A stretch of 64,000 bases of DNA from Gammaproteobacteria bacterium (GCA_963422205.2 CAXMWX010000005.1:672001-736000), one strand, 5' to 3'. Numbered from the stretch's first letter, positions 11,093 to 22,070 are shown. Numbers and translations: made by a program. Notes: generated by a model not told the origin, from the sequence alone.

Positions 11093-12039
11093 GCAGCAGC
11101 CCTCTCAGCAATCCGTAATACCGCACTTCTGGCACGGATATTAATTGCAACTTCCGCCGCACTTGCCTTCACCGCCCGGCCTATACGCAACAGCCCTGGC
11201 TTGATCTGTGCTGCTGTTACCGGCAGGCCATCTGGATACGGGTCGGCTCTTTCCTGTTCACGCATAAAACGTTTCACCAGGCGATCTTCCAGTGAATGGA
11301 AACTGATAATGACCAGCCGGCCCTTAACGGCTAACACATGACGTGTTTGCGGTAATACGTCCTCCAGCTCCTCAAGCTCCCGGTTGATTACAATACGAAT
11401 CGCCTGAAATACCCGGGTTGCCGGATGTTTTTTTCTCTTGCGCCCAGCCATGTTATGCGGCGGCACGCTGGCACAGATGACATCTGCCAACTGCCTTGTG
11501 GTCTCGATCACACCCTGCTGGCGCTGGTGTGCAATCGCACGGGCTATCCGGCGAGCAAACTTCTCTTCGCCGTATTGCTTAAATACCTTAGCCATTTCCT
11601 GTACCGGCGTTGCGTTAATCCACTCCCTGGCTGTGATACCCGTCATCGTATTCATTCTCATATCAAGCTCGCCTTCCTGCTGAAAGCTGAACCCTCTTTG
11701 TGGCGTATCCAACTGTAGCGAGGAGACGCCAAGGTCAAGCAGGATGCCATCAACCCTGCCGACAGACACAAAGCGCTCGATAACCGACTGTAATTGTGTG
11801 AACGAGCCGTGTATGACGCTGACTCTGGCATCATCGCCATACAGGCGGTCAGCCAGTTCAATCGCTTGCTTGTCTTTATCGAACACAAACAGGCGACCGG
11901 ATGCGCCCAGGTGTTGCAATATCGCCTGGCTATGGCCGCCGCCGCCAAATGTGCAATCGACATAACATCCATCCGGTCGTATCGTAAGACCATCTATCAC
12001 CTCTTGCAGCAGTACGGGCTTGTGCCTTTGTTCAGTCAA
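11089..12039 (-). CDS. rsmH: 16S rRNA m4C1402 methyltransferase (MraW)
   Basis: Motifs HKPVLL, DCTFGGGGHS, DLGVSS, HPATRVFQAIRI and SFHSLEDR. Confidence 0.97.
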   Translation of the reverse strand: MTEQRHKPVLLQEVIDGLTIRPDGCYVDCTFGGGGHSQAILQHLGASGRLFVFDKDKQAIELADRLYGDDARVSVIHGSFTQLQSVIERFVSVGRVDGILLDLGVSSLQLDTPQRGFSFQQEGELDMRMNTMTGITAREWINATPVQEMAKVFKQYGEEKFARRIARAIAHQRQQGVIETTRQLADVICASVPPHNMAGRKRKKHPATRVFQAIRIVINRELEELEDVLPQTRHVLAVKGRLVIISFHSLEDRLVKRFMREQERADPYPDGLPVTAAQIKPGLLRIGRAVKASAAEVAINIRARSAVLRIAERAAA

Positions 12040-12144
12040 TGCAGTTATCAGAGCCTGAAATCTCTGCTGCCTGCCCGTACCCGGTCAGGCAGTCAAAGCA
12101 TTGCCGATGGTAAGCCAGCCCCCACCGACAAGACGCATTGATGC

Positions 12145-12603
12145 TCACAACGACAAAGACTGTAAAGTCTCTGATGGCGCCTGTTCTGCGTTCACTAACG
12201 CATCCAACCAGAGATCACGCTGTTCCTGCCATAATGTTTTATCCCAGATTTCAAATTTATTCCCCTGCCCCAGGATGACGATCTGTTTGCCCAGTTGTGC
12301 ATAATCACGCAGCTCGGTCGGGATCAGGATGCGCCCCTGTGAATCGAGCTGACAATCGGTGGCGTAACCTCGCATCATCTGCTTGGCACGACGGCTTTGC
12401 TTGTCAAAATCAGACAAGGCCGCCAGCTTGGATTCGATCGATTCCCACTCAGGTAACGGATACAGCCACAAGGAGCGATCCAGGGGACTCAACGTCTGCA
12501 CCAGACAGCCCGCCGCAATACCACTCAAGCGGTCACGAAACCGGCTTGGAACAGCCACTCGGCCCTTGTTGTCTACACTGACTTCACTTAATCCTCGAAA
12601 CAC
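12145..12603 (-). CDS. mraZ: Division/cell wall cluster transcriptional repressor MraZ
   Basis: Two DxKGR/DxQGR repeats. GTG start at 12603 is preceded by an AGGAG Shine-Dalgarno; the ORF-track extension to 12657 lies in the promoter region. Confidence 0.95.
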   Translation of the reverse strand: MFRGLSEVSVDNKGRVAVPSRFRDRLSGIAAGCLVQTLSPLDRSLWLYPLPEWESIESKLAALSDFDKQSRRAKQMMRGYATDCQLDSQGRILIPTELRDYAQLGKQIVILGQGNKFEIWDKTLWQEQRDLWLDALVNAEQAPSETLQSLSL

Positions 12604-12641
12604 ACGAAGCTCCTGTTTTACAGGGAAATTTACAGCAAAAA

Positions 12642-12703
12642 CCACTTTAACCCACAATTCCCCACGAACTAGAACTATAGGAAGTTTGAATCTGGTGTGT
12701 CAA
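12642..12703 (-). promoter_or_regulatory. dcw (Pmra) sigma70 promoter plus MraZ-binding repeats
   Basis: Minus strand TTGACA (12703-12698), N18, TATAGT (12679-12674), then GTGGG-N5-GTGGG-N5-GTGG at 10-bp period (12665-12642), matching the known MraZ operator architecture. Confidence 0.85.
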
Positions 12704-12908
12704 GAGAATCTTGTAAATTCCCGGCAAAAATCTATCGTTCTAACAGTGACTTAGCAGATAAAAGTTAGAAACTGCCGTGACTTCAGAAAAAATGAAATAT
12801 ATAAATCTTTTCAGATCATTAAGTTATAGAGGGAACTTAAACCAAGAAAAGAAGATAGGGGTGATGGCATCCGGCCAGGCGGGAATGCGGCCTGTTTGCA
12901 ACCAAAGT

Positions 12909-13270
12909 GGGGAGCCAGCCGATAAGCCGGGTTCTGTCGAGGACAATCATCCATCTTAGGATGTATGTCACCATACACCTCCAGCAGCCTACCCGGGGAC
13001 AATGCAGGCGGCATTATCGTCCCTCTATTTGGCCTTGCTCCGGATGGGGTTTACCTTGCCAATACTGTTACCAGTGTTGCGGTGCGCTCTTACCGCACCT
13101 TTTCACCCTTACCCGCCATCCCTGCCGATAAGTCGGGAGATGATGGCGGGCGGTCTGTTTTCTGTGGCACTGGCCGTCGGCTCACGCCGCCCAGGCGTTA
13201 CCTGGCACCCTGCCTTGTGGAGCCCGGACTTTCCTCTGTATCACTACAGCGATTGCCTGGCTGGCTCCCC
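12909..13270 (-). ncRNA. rnpB: RNase P RNA, bacterial type A
   Basis: Minus strand has GAGGAAAGTCCGGGCTC near the 5' end and ACAGAACCCGGCTTAT near the 3' end, with complementary termini (GGGGAGCCAGCC / GGCTGGCTCCCC). Canonical position between rsmI and mraZ. Confidence 0.96.
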
Positions 13271-13321
13271 GCTTTGGTCACACTTGCCAGCTTACAAACA
13301 AAACCCCCTCATGGCTACGGC

Positions 13322-14170
13322 TCAAGGCGCCCTGCTGCGTATGGTCAGGGCAAGCGCATAGACCTGATTTTTGTTTGCACCGGTGATCTCACAAGTCAAT
13401 TCTACCACATCACGCAGAGACAACGACTCCGGCAGCAAGGTAATGATGCGTATCAACTCATCCGTATCCGTCCTGGTAACAGCCGCCCCGGCCACGATCA
13501 CCACAAATTCCCCGCGCTGGTGATCCGGGTTTGAAGCCAGCCAGATCATGAGCTCGGCCAGATCGGCCTTTCTCACCTGTTCGAATTTTTTTGTCAACTC
13601 CCGCCCCAGCATGGCCTTGCGGTCTGGCCCGAACACCGCCTTAGCCGCCGCCAGAAAATCAGCGATTCGGTGGGGGGCTTCGTAAAAAACCAGGGTTCGG
13701 GTTTCATGCTGCAATGCCTGCAAGGCCCTTAGCCCTGGGGCCTTGCGTGGTGGCAGAAAACCGGCAAAAACAAAGCTGCTGGCCGCCATCCCGGAAATCG
13801 ACAAGGCAGCCACCAGGGCACAGGGGCCCGGGATGACATGCACGGTCAGCGCATGGTCATGGGCCTGGCTGATAAGGAAGCTGCCGGGATCGCTAACCAG
13901 CGGCGTGCCCGCATCACACACCAGTGCCACATCCTGCCCGGAGCGCAGGCTGTTGATGATGCTGGCCGTTTTTGTACGCTCATTATGCTCATGGAAGGAG
14001 CGCATCGGCGTAGTCACGCCCAACTGCTGCATCAGCCTGCCCGTGTGTCTGGTATCCTCGGCCAAAATAAACCCCACCCGCCTCAAGGTGGCAATCGCCC
14101 GGGCACTGATATCATCGAGATTGCCGATGGGTGTGGCGATGACATACAGTGTTCCACTGTCAGCAGGCAT
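13322..14170 (-). CDS. rsmI: 16S rRNA C1402 2'-O-methyltransferase
   Basis: Motifs LYVIATPIGNLDDIS, AEDTR, DAGTPLVSDPG, YEAPHR and RELTKKFE. Confidence 0.97.
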   Translation of the reverse strand: MPADSGTLYVIATPIGNLDDISARAIATLRRVGFILAEDTRHTGRLMQQLGVTTPMRSFHEHNERTKTASIINSLRSGQDVALVCDAGTPLVSDPGSFLISQAHDHALTVHVIPGPCALVAALSISGMAASSFVFAGFLPPRKAPGLRALQALQHETRTLVFYEAPHRIADFLAAAKAVFGPDRKAMLGRELTKKFEQVRKADLAELMIWLASNPDHQRGEFVVIVAGAAVTRTDTDELIRIITLLPESLSLRDVVELTCEITGANKNQVYALALTIRSRAP

Positions 14171-14228
14171 AGTTAAAACTCGCGCAAAAATAACTTATCA
14201 TATACCGATTACACCAGAGATAAGGATT

Positions 14229-16093
14229 ATGCGTTATATCGTCATGATACTCATTGCCGGGGCCTTGTCAGGCGGCTGCAACACACAAACCACCAAGACG
14301 GGTGCGGTGGTTGAGCCAGCGGCAACGGCAAAACAACTCATGGCCAATGATGACTATGCCGCCGCTGCACAGGCGTACCTCAAGCTCGCCAAGAGAGATA
14401 AAAAAAATGCCGGATACTATCAACTGCGTGCCGCCGATTGCCTGGTTGTCAGCCAATGAAAATCAGCCGTGCTGAGGAGATTATCGATTGCGGTTCACAC
14501 CGAAAACAAGATGATGTTTCGGACGGCCCTACCTGAAAACGCCTGCTACAGGGAAAAAGCGGCGCTGTAATCAGAAATCAGCCCAAAACACGCCTTGAAA
14601 ACTGTTTGGCCACAGGAAAACCGCCGGGGCGAGGTTTGCGCTGGATATTGCCGCACAAAACCTATCTGCTGAGGGGCGCAGTCCTATGCGCTGCTGGCAG
14701 AGTATCTGGCAAACAGTCCAGGGAGCGATTTGCAGTAATCAAGGCTACCTCCATCAACCGGAGGCAATCAGACAAAATGCCGCTGCCATCTGGTCGGCAT
14801 TGAATCAGCTGGATACGGCGACATTGCAGGGGTTAAGAGCTAACAGCCCAACCGGGTTGAAAAGCTGGATCGAACTCGCCTTGATTCACAAGACGCTGAT
14901 CAGCAATCCGGCGGTGTTAAGGAAAAGCCTGTTATCCTGGCAGCAGGCCCACCCTGAACATGCCGCCAGTCCACAGATCATCGACAAGTTATTACAACTC
15001 AGTCGGCAATCTGCCCGGCAACCGCAGCAGCTCGCCCTGTTATTACCGCTCACCGGGCAATACCGCAAAGCGGCCGAGGCCATCAGGGGACGGCTTCCTG
15101 GCGGCCTGGTACCATAGCAAGACCTATCGACCCGCCATCAGGATCTACAGCGCTGATGCGATTAACATCAGGGATGTGTATAACAACGCCGTCATGGAAG
15201 GGGCGGATTTTATTATCGGCCCCCTGGAAAAAAACAGGCGGTTGTCCAGCTGATAGAATCGGGGCAGCCTGCCAATTACCACGCAGACCTTAAACCAAGT
15301 AGACCTGGTAGCCGAAGATAATACGGGCCTGCTGCCTAACCTGATTCAGTTCGGGCTGGCACCAGAGGATGAGGCCAGGCAGGCGGCCGAGCGATCTTTT
15401 TTTGATGGGCATAACAAAGCCCTGGTGCTGACACCGCAAAACGGCTGGGGGAGGCGCATGGCGGCAGCATTCAAACACGCCTGGCAGGAAACCGGCGGAC
15501 ACGTGCTGGAGGAGATTCACTTTCCGATAAACAACGGTGACTTCGCCAACCCGGTAAAACGACTGTTAAATATTGACAGCAGCGAACGCCGGGCAAAAAA
15601 ATTACAACAGATAATAAACCGCAGAATACAACGTGAAGCACGCTTACGGCAGGATGCAGACATGATCTTCCTAGCCGCCCCGCCGCTGTATGCACGACAA
15701 CTGTTGCCACAGTTCAGGTTTCACAAGGCCGACTCCCTGCCGGTGTATTCGACTTCGCATATCTTCTCCGGCATTGTAAACCCTGAAATCGATGCTGACA
15801 TGGACGGCATCAGATTCACCGATATCCCCTGGGTATTATCTGAAGATACGGATGTTTTGAAAGACAAGATCAACCGCAACTGGCGGGCAGAAAAATCACC
15901 TTACCGACGGCTGTATGCGCTGGGCATAGACAGCTTCAACCTGATCCCTCACCTGTCCAGACTGGCGCTTGAACCTGCCGCCACCTATGCCGGGCAAACA
16001 GGCATCTTATCCATGACCGATGATGGCCTGATACAAAGACGGCTGTTGTGGGGCAGAATTAAAGCCGGCAGGCCGCATTTGCTGGCCGATTAA
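14229..16093 (+). pseudogene. lpoA: Penicillin-binding protein activator LpoA lipoprotein, broken by several frameshifts (probable sequencing errors)
   Basis: Signal peptide and lipobox MRYIVMILIAGALSGGC. LpoA-like blocks fall in different frames: WQQAHPEHAA, LALLLPLTG, DGFLAA, IIGPLEK, FGLAPEDEARQAA and RLYALGIDSF. Divergent from rsmI and upstream of yraN. Confidence 0.85.
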
Positions 16094-16110
16094 GACCGCA
16101 TACCAGGGCG

Positions 16111-16477
16111 ATGCACAACAGCAAAAACCGGGGCGATGCCGCCGAAGCACTCGCCCTGGATTTTTTGCACAGGCAAAAACTCACGCTGATTTGCAGAAAT
16201 TTTTATTGCCGTTTCGGTGAAATTGATCTGATCATGGATGACGGGCGTTATATTATTTTCATAGAAGTGCGCTACCGAAAAGATGCCGTCATATCAGACC
16301 CGGCGGAAACGGTTGATCGCTGCAAACAAAAAAAAAATTATTCTTACCAGCCAGCATTTTCTCCAACAACACCAATCACACTATCCAGAGCATGACTATC
16401 GCTTTGATGTCATCACGGTCACCGGCGAGGCGGGCAATGATAAAATCAACTGGATTCAAAACGCATTTAGTGCATAA
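16111..16477 (+). pseudogene. yraN: YraN (UPF0102) family protein with a +1 frameshift in an A10 run
   Basis: RNFYCRFGEIDLIM..FIEVRYR in one frame and YRFDVI...INWIQNAF in the next. Removing one A at 16328-16337 restores the frame. Confidence 0.88.
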
Positions 16478-17076
<599 letters not shown>

Positions 17077-17077
<1 letters not shown>

Positions 17078-17661
17078 TGCACCAGATAAAAACCATCGGC
17101 ATGATCAGCATCTTTGCCTGCCTGCCTGCCATTCTGCAAGGCTGTGCAGCGGTAGCGGTCGGCGGGGCAGCCGCCGGCGCCTCGGTGGCGACAGATGCGC
17201 GCACGGCTGGTACCTATGTTGAAGACCAGGCCATTGAATTGAAGGCCAAGCGTGCGCTGTTAAAAAATAAAGCACTTAACAAGCAGGTGCATATTAACTT
17301 CACCAGCTATAACACCAACGTGCTGGTCAGCGGCGAAGCGCCCACCGAGGCACTGCGGCAACAGGTGATTGATATCGTCAAGAACATCGAAAAAGTGGGC
17401 CGTGTATATAATGAAGTTATCCTTGCTGCACCGAGTTCGCTTTGGACCCGCAGTGGGGATACCACATTAACGGCGAGGGTGAAGACCAAGCTGCTGGCTG
17501 AGAAATATCTGGATGGTATCAATATCAAAATCGTGACAGAGAACGGCACGGTGTTTTTGATGGGCATCATCACGCGGGCGGATGCTGACAGGGCAACGGA
17601 GATCGCCAGGACGACGGGCGGTGTGGAGAGAGTCGTGAAACTGTTCGAGTACACTGACTGA
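17077..17661 (+). CDS. dolP: Dual-BON-domain lipoprotein (YraP/DolP)
   Basis: Lipobox LQGC; two BON-like repeats (VLVSGEAP, ENGTVFLMG, GGVERVVKLFEY). Confidence 0.9.
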
Positions 17662-17860
17662 CTGCTCACGGCAGATCATATCTTCTGTTTTTCTATGCGC
17701 TCATCCGCTCCCAGGGACCGCATAGTCAAACTGAATTATCCTCATCCACACAGCCCTGTCCATCAGGCCATCGGGCAGCGATTCATTGGCGGCATCGGCA
17801 ATCGCTGACAGGGGTCAGCTTCGTGTTATTGCCCTGAATAAGCCTCGGTATAAGTAAAAA

Positions 17861-18241
17861 CTACTTAACCACTTTAAGGTGGGGGCGGGTTGTCTCCTGC
17901 ACGGTCGCTGCGGGTTCGTGTTCCACAGCCGCATCTTCGGTTGTAAACACCATGTTTTGACCATTCTCCCGGGCATAGATAGCCTGTACTGCTGGCATCG
18001 GCACGGCGACATTCATTGCCTGACCGTTGAAACGGGCATTGAATTGAACCCACTCATTACTGATCACCAACTCCCTGATGGCATCAGGTGAGATGTTCAA
18101 TACAATGCTGTCTTCCCTGACATATTCAGTCGGTACCTGTACGCCAGAAACCGAGGCATCGACCAGAATATACGGGGTTAAGCCATTGTCCAAAATCCAT
18201 TCATGCAGCGCACGCAGTAAATACGGCCGGTTTGATGTCAT
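17861..18241 (-). CDS. sspB: ClpXP adaptor, stringent starvation protein B
   Basis: N-terminal RPYLLRALHEWILDN, IVLNIS, IYARENGQ and C-terminal ClpX-binding tail RPHLKVVK. Confidence 0.96.
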   Translation of the reverse strand: MTSNRPYLLRALHEWILDNGLTPYILVDASVSGVQVPTEYVREDSIVLNISPDAIRELVISNEWVQFNARFNGQAMNVAVPMPAVQAIYARENGQNMVFTTEDAAVEHEPAATVQETTRPHLKVVK

Positions 18242-18894
18242 CAGCTATTGACCTGCATAACCCGGTTGACCAGCCTCAATTCACGCTCCTGCTCTGACAT
18301 GCTGATCTTAAATGCCGACCGCTCAAATAGCCGCTCGGCATAATTATCCAGCGCCCTCGCAGGTGCGGGTAATTTGATTCCATAACTATCAAGCCGCCAT
18401 AACAGTGGCGCCAGACAACAATCAGTCAAGGTATATTCTTCCGACATAAAATAAGGCAGTTGTGAGAAAACAGGCGCTATCGCCGTTAAATGATCACGAA
18501 TATTTTTTTTCGCATTCGCTGCCGCTATCTCATTGACTCCGGTTAAATCATCCAGCAGGGAATATAAATCCCGCATCACCCGATAACGCAGTTGCCGGTT
18601 GCTTGCCCGGGAGACCGGATCAACAGGCATCAGCGGCGGGTGCGGAAACCTTTCATCCAGGTACTCCATGATAATCTGTGCATCGTATAAAACCAGGTCT
18701 CTGTCAATCAAGGTCAACACGGTGTTATAGGGATTAAGCTCGGAGACATCTTCCGGTCGACTATCCGCATTGATGTAATTCACTTCGGCATGTATATCTT
18801 TTTCAGCAAGCACGATACGCACACAATGACCAATCGGGCTGATGGCATCAGAATACAACACCATCACCGAGCGTCTGTTAGCGACTATGGCCAT
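18241..18894 (-). CDS. sspA: Stringent starvation protein A (GST-like)
   Basis: Motifs RIVLAEK, DRDLVLY, IIMEYLDERFPHPPLMPV and DCCLAPLLWRL. Confidence 0.96.
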   Translation of the reverse strand: MAIVANRRSVMVLYSDAISPIGHCVRIVLAEKDIHAEVNYINADSRPEDVSELNPYNTVLTLIDRDLVLYDAQIIMEYLDERFPHPPLMPVDPVSRASNRQLRYRVMRDLYSLLDDLTGVNEIAAANAKKNIRDHLTAIAPVFSQLPYFMSEEYTLTDCCLAPLLWRLDSYGIKLPAPARALDNYAERLFERSAFKISMSEQERELRLVNRVMQVNS

Positions 18895-18942
18895 AACAGG
18901 TAATCAATCCTTAGGGTAAATTCTTAATTTTGCGGGAGATGC

Positions 18943-19707
18943 TCAGTGTACGTCTTTCCAGTATTCACGTTTAAGCAGGTAGACGATGAGTAAAAAGACC
19001 AGTAGATAGGCGATGACCCACATGCCGATCTTATGGCGCTTTAAGCGTATCGGCTCGCCCATATAGACCATGAAGTTGACCAGGTCTGCGACTGTTTGTT
19101 CATACGTCTCATCGGCATAGGCGACGGGCTTTGATGCAGGCGGCGTTTGTAATTCCAGATGCGAGACGACCTGGCTGACTGTCCCATCTTCTGCCGTATA
19201 CTCCTCATACACCGGTCTTTGCCACCCCTGCAATTCCCACAATACATGCGGCATACCGGTATCTTTGAAGATCAGATTGTTCGCCCCCGTGGGACGGCCA
19301 GGATCATAATAGAAAGTCATCAGGTAGGAATACAGCCAGTCTGCACCACGAGAACGCGCAGTCACAGAAAGATCCGGCGGTCCGACCCCAAAATACACCT
19401 CCGCCTCGCGCTTTTGCAGGGCGATCGTCATCGTCTCACCCGGCTTGTCGGTACCGAACATCAGATTTTCTTTCAGCACGTCTTCAGTAATGCCCAGATC
19501 GGTGGCGATACGGTTGTAACGCATATAGGCAGCAGAATGGCAACCAAGGCAATAATTCACAAAGGTACGCACACCTCTTTGCAAGGATTGCTTGTTGGAC
19601 AAGTCCACCTCAAAATGCTGCATGTGCCTGCCATCACCAACCGCCCAAGTAACCAAGGCGGCATTCAGCATAAGCAGGAAGACAAAGAATTGCAGTAATC
19701 GCTTCAT
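18943..19707 (-). CDS. petC: Cytochrome c1 (bc1 complex)
   Basis: Signal peptide from ATG 19707 (MKRLLQF), heme motif CLGCH, PPDLS, MPHVL and C-terminal TM plus EYWKDVH. Confidence 0.95.
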   Translation of the reverse strand: MKRLLQFFVFLLMLNAALVTWAVGDGRHMQHFEVDLSNKQSLQRGVRTFVNYCLGCHSAAYMRYNRIATDLGITEDVLKENLMFGTDKPGETMTIALQKREAEVYFGVGPPDLSVTARSRGADWLYSYLMTFYYDPGRPTGANNLIFKDTGMPHVLWELQGWQRPVYEEYTAEDGTVSQVVSHLELQTPPASKPVAYADETYEQTVADLVNFMVYMGEPIRLKRHKIGMWVIAYLLVFLLIVYLLKREYWKDVH

Positions 19708-19708
19708 A

Positions 19709-21112
19709 TCAGCGCACCCTTGCCGGCACCGGCTTGTCACGATCAGTAAGATAAAACTTGCTGTATTCCATGCCGACAACCAGCAGCAGGATGGCGGCGG
19801 CAAAATAATTCGATACCACATCGCCATCGCTTGCCGCCATGGCGACTGCAAGTACGGCGATAAACCAGAACAATCCCCTCACCAGCCATCTGTATACGGT
19901 AATGACCGGGCCAGCACCTCTGGTCGAATAACAGGGCAGCAACAAAAAGAAGGCAAAGTAGATGATGGATAAAAACCGTGCCGCCCAGGTATAGGTCGGC
20001 GTGGCAACCTGTATGCCGAGATAACCTAATATCAGAAAGCTGACAGTAAAACCGGCCAGGGCCGTCTTGTGCTTCCAGCCGCGATAGCGTATCGACTTCA
20101 CCGAACTGCGATCAATCCACGGCAAGGCCATGAACGCCATCGTTGCCGCTCCCATGGCGATGATCCCGCCGAGCTTGTCCGGCACGGCCCGCAGGATGGC
20201 GTAGAACGGCGTGAAATACCATACCGGGGCAATATGCTCAGGCGTCTTTAAGGGATCGGCCGGGACAAAATTGGCATGTTCCAAAAAGTAGCCGCCCATC
20301 TCCGGCGCAAAAAACACCACCGAGCAGAAAATAATCAGGAACACCACCGCACCGACAATATCCTTGACCGTGTAGTATGGATGAAAAGCGATCCCATCAA
20401 CCGGAACTCCGGCAGCGTTTTTGTTCTGTTTGATCTCCACGCCATCGGGATTATTCGAGCCAACCTCATGCAAGGCCAGGATATGCGCCCCCACCAGGGC
20501 GCATAAAATCAGCGGCAGGGCAATCACATGCAAAGAAAAGAAGCGATTGAGCGTCACATCAGAGACCACAAAGTCGCCCCTGATCAGCAAGGCCAGATCA
20601 TCGCCGATGAAGGGAATAGCACCAAACAGGGAGATAATCACCTGCGCCCCCCAGAATGACATCTGCCCCCAGGGCAGCAGATAACCAAAAAAAGCCTCGG
20701 CCATCAGCGTGAAGTAAATCAACATGCCGAAGATCCATAGCAACTCCCGCGGCCTCTTGTAAGAACCATACAGCAAGGCACGGTACATGTGCAGATACAC
20801 CACGACAAAAAATGCAGAGGCACCGGTAGAATGCAGATAGCGAATCCACCAGCCCCACTCCACATCCCGCATAATATACTCCACCGAAGCAAAGGCCAGA
20901 TCGGCGGCGGGCTTGTAATTCATGGTCAGCCAGATTCCGGTAACCAGCTGGATGATAAGTACCAGCAAGGCCAGCGAGCCAAAGAAATACCAGAAATTAA
21001 AGTTCTTTGGCGCATAGTATTCAGCAACATGCTCATTCCATTGTTTGGTTAAGGGGAAACGGGTATCAATCCAGTCCCGGCAGGCTGTCAAGGCATTGAT
21101 TACCCCGCTCAT
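19709..21112 (-). CDS. petB: Cytochrome b (bc1 complex)
   Basis: Motifs RYLHSTGASAFF, GYLLPWGQMSFWGAQVI, RFFSLHV and Qo motif PVWY; extended C-terminus. Confidence 0.97.
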   Translation of the reverse strand: MSGVINALTACRDWIDTRFPLTKQWNEHVAEYYAPKNFNFWYFFGSLALLVLIIQLVTGIWLTMNYKPAADLAFASVEYIMRDVEWGWWIRYLHSTGASAFFVVVYLHMYRALLYGSYKRPRELLWIFGMLIYFTLMAEAFFGYLLPWGQMSFWGAQVIISLFGAIPFIGDDLALLIRGDFVVSDVTLNRFFSLHVIALPLILCALVGAHILALHEVGSNNPDGVEIKQNKNAAGVPVDGIAFHPYYTVKDIVGAVVFLIIFCSVVFFAPEMGGYFLEHANFVPADPLKTPEHIAPVWYFTPFYAILRAVPDKLGGIIAMGAATMAFMALPWIDRSSVKSIRYRGWKHKTALAGFTVSFLILGYLGIQVATPTYTWAARFLSIIYFAFFLLLPCYSTRGAGPVITVYRWLVRGLFWFIAVLAVAMAASDGDVVSNYFAAAILLLVVGMEYSKFYLTDRDKPVPARVR

Positions 21113-21708
21113 GATGCCACCCCGGAATCATCGCCGATCAGCACCCGGGTATCGCTTAGGAATTGATACGGCGGCACCATCAGGTTAATCGGTGCAGGCA
21201 CACCTTTGTAGACCCGGCCGGCGAGATCAAAGCGGCTGCCATGACAGGGACAGAAAAAACCACCGGGCCAGCCATCACCCAAATCATATTCCACATCACC
21301 GCTTCTAACATAGCTGGGGGAACAACCCAGATGCGTACACAGACCGATGACGATGAGAAATTCCGGCCTGACCGAGCGATATTCGTTTTTCGCATAATCC
21401 GGCTGTTGTGCATCGTCTGAGGCCGGGTCACGCACCTTGTCTGTCAGATCAGACAGATGAGACAGCGATTCTTTGTCTCTTTTCAATATCCACACGGGCT
21501 TACCCTGCCAAAGCTCCACCTTCAGATCGCCGGGCTGCATATCACCGATATCCACCTCCACGGGCGCACCCACGGCCCTGGCCTTGGCGCTGGGGATAAA
21601 GGTCTTGACAAAAGGCACCGCCGTGGCAACCGCCCCGGCACCCCCTACCACGGTCGCCGCAGCGGTCAGCAATAACCTTCTGTCTTTATCGATCGTCTCA
21701 TCGCTCAT
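21109..21708 (-). CDS. petA: Rieske iron-sulfur subunit of ubiquinol-cytochrome c reductase
   Basis: Tat motif RRLLL; Rieske boxes CTHLGC and CPCHGS. Confidence 0.97.
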   Translation of the reverse strand: MSDETIDKDRRLLLTAAATVVGGAGAVATAVPFVKTFIPSAKARAVGAPVEVDIGDMQPGDLKVELWQGKPVWILKRDKESLSHLSDLTDKVRDPASDDAQQPDYAKNEYRSVRPEFLIVIGLCTHLGCSPSYVRSGDVEYDLGDGWPGGFFCPCHGSRFDLAGRVYKGVPAPINLMVPPYQFLSDTRVLIGDDSGVAS

Positions 21709-22070
21709 GTCCGATGCCTCCAGGAAGATCTATTCTGTATCATAGCTCTCCTGTCAGTATACCATGCAAAGACAACTGCCAGCGTAATTTGCTCAATTCT
21801 CATCATGCAAAGACAAGATGCCCCTGCTGCATGTCAACATAATCAACAGCATCTGCCAGCCTGATTGCCCGGCCTGTTGCTGATTTTCCCTTGCAATTCA
21901 ACTAAATAAAACCCCCCAATTCAATTAAATAAAGCCCCGGCAAGGCGTACAGAAACAGCGGGGGCGAAGTTTACGCCACCCCGCCCAGCACCTTCAAGCT
22001 GGCATTAGGCAGTCGATTACGTAAAGATAAGCACCTGACAAACACCAGGGCATAATGCACACAGCAGCAG

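Noticed and set aside
12965-13534. 189-aa and 119-aa plus-strand ORFs
   Set aside because: They are antisense to rnpB and rsmI; shadow ORFs of a GC-rich structured RNA.
13743-14228. 5' part of the 238-aa ORF 13743-14459
   Set aside because: It is antisense to rsmI. Only the portion from ATG 14229 (the lpoA signal peptide) is credible.
17754-17814. Hairpin between the convergent dolP and sspB genes as a terminator or small RNA
   Set aside because: The inverted repeats (CAGCGATT/AATCGCTG) are imperfect and lack a U-tract, so there is not enough to call.
19708-19851. N-terminal extension of petC in the ORF track
   Set aside because: It overlaps petB in another frame. The signal peptide starts at ATG 19707, right after the petB stop.
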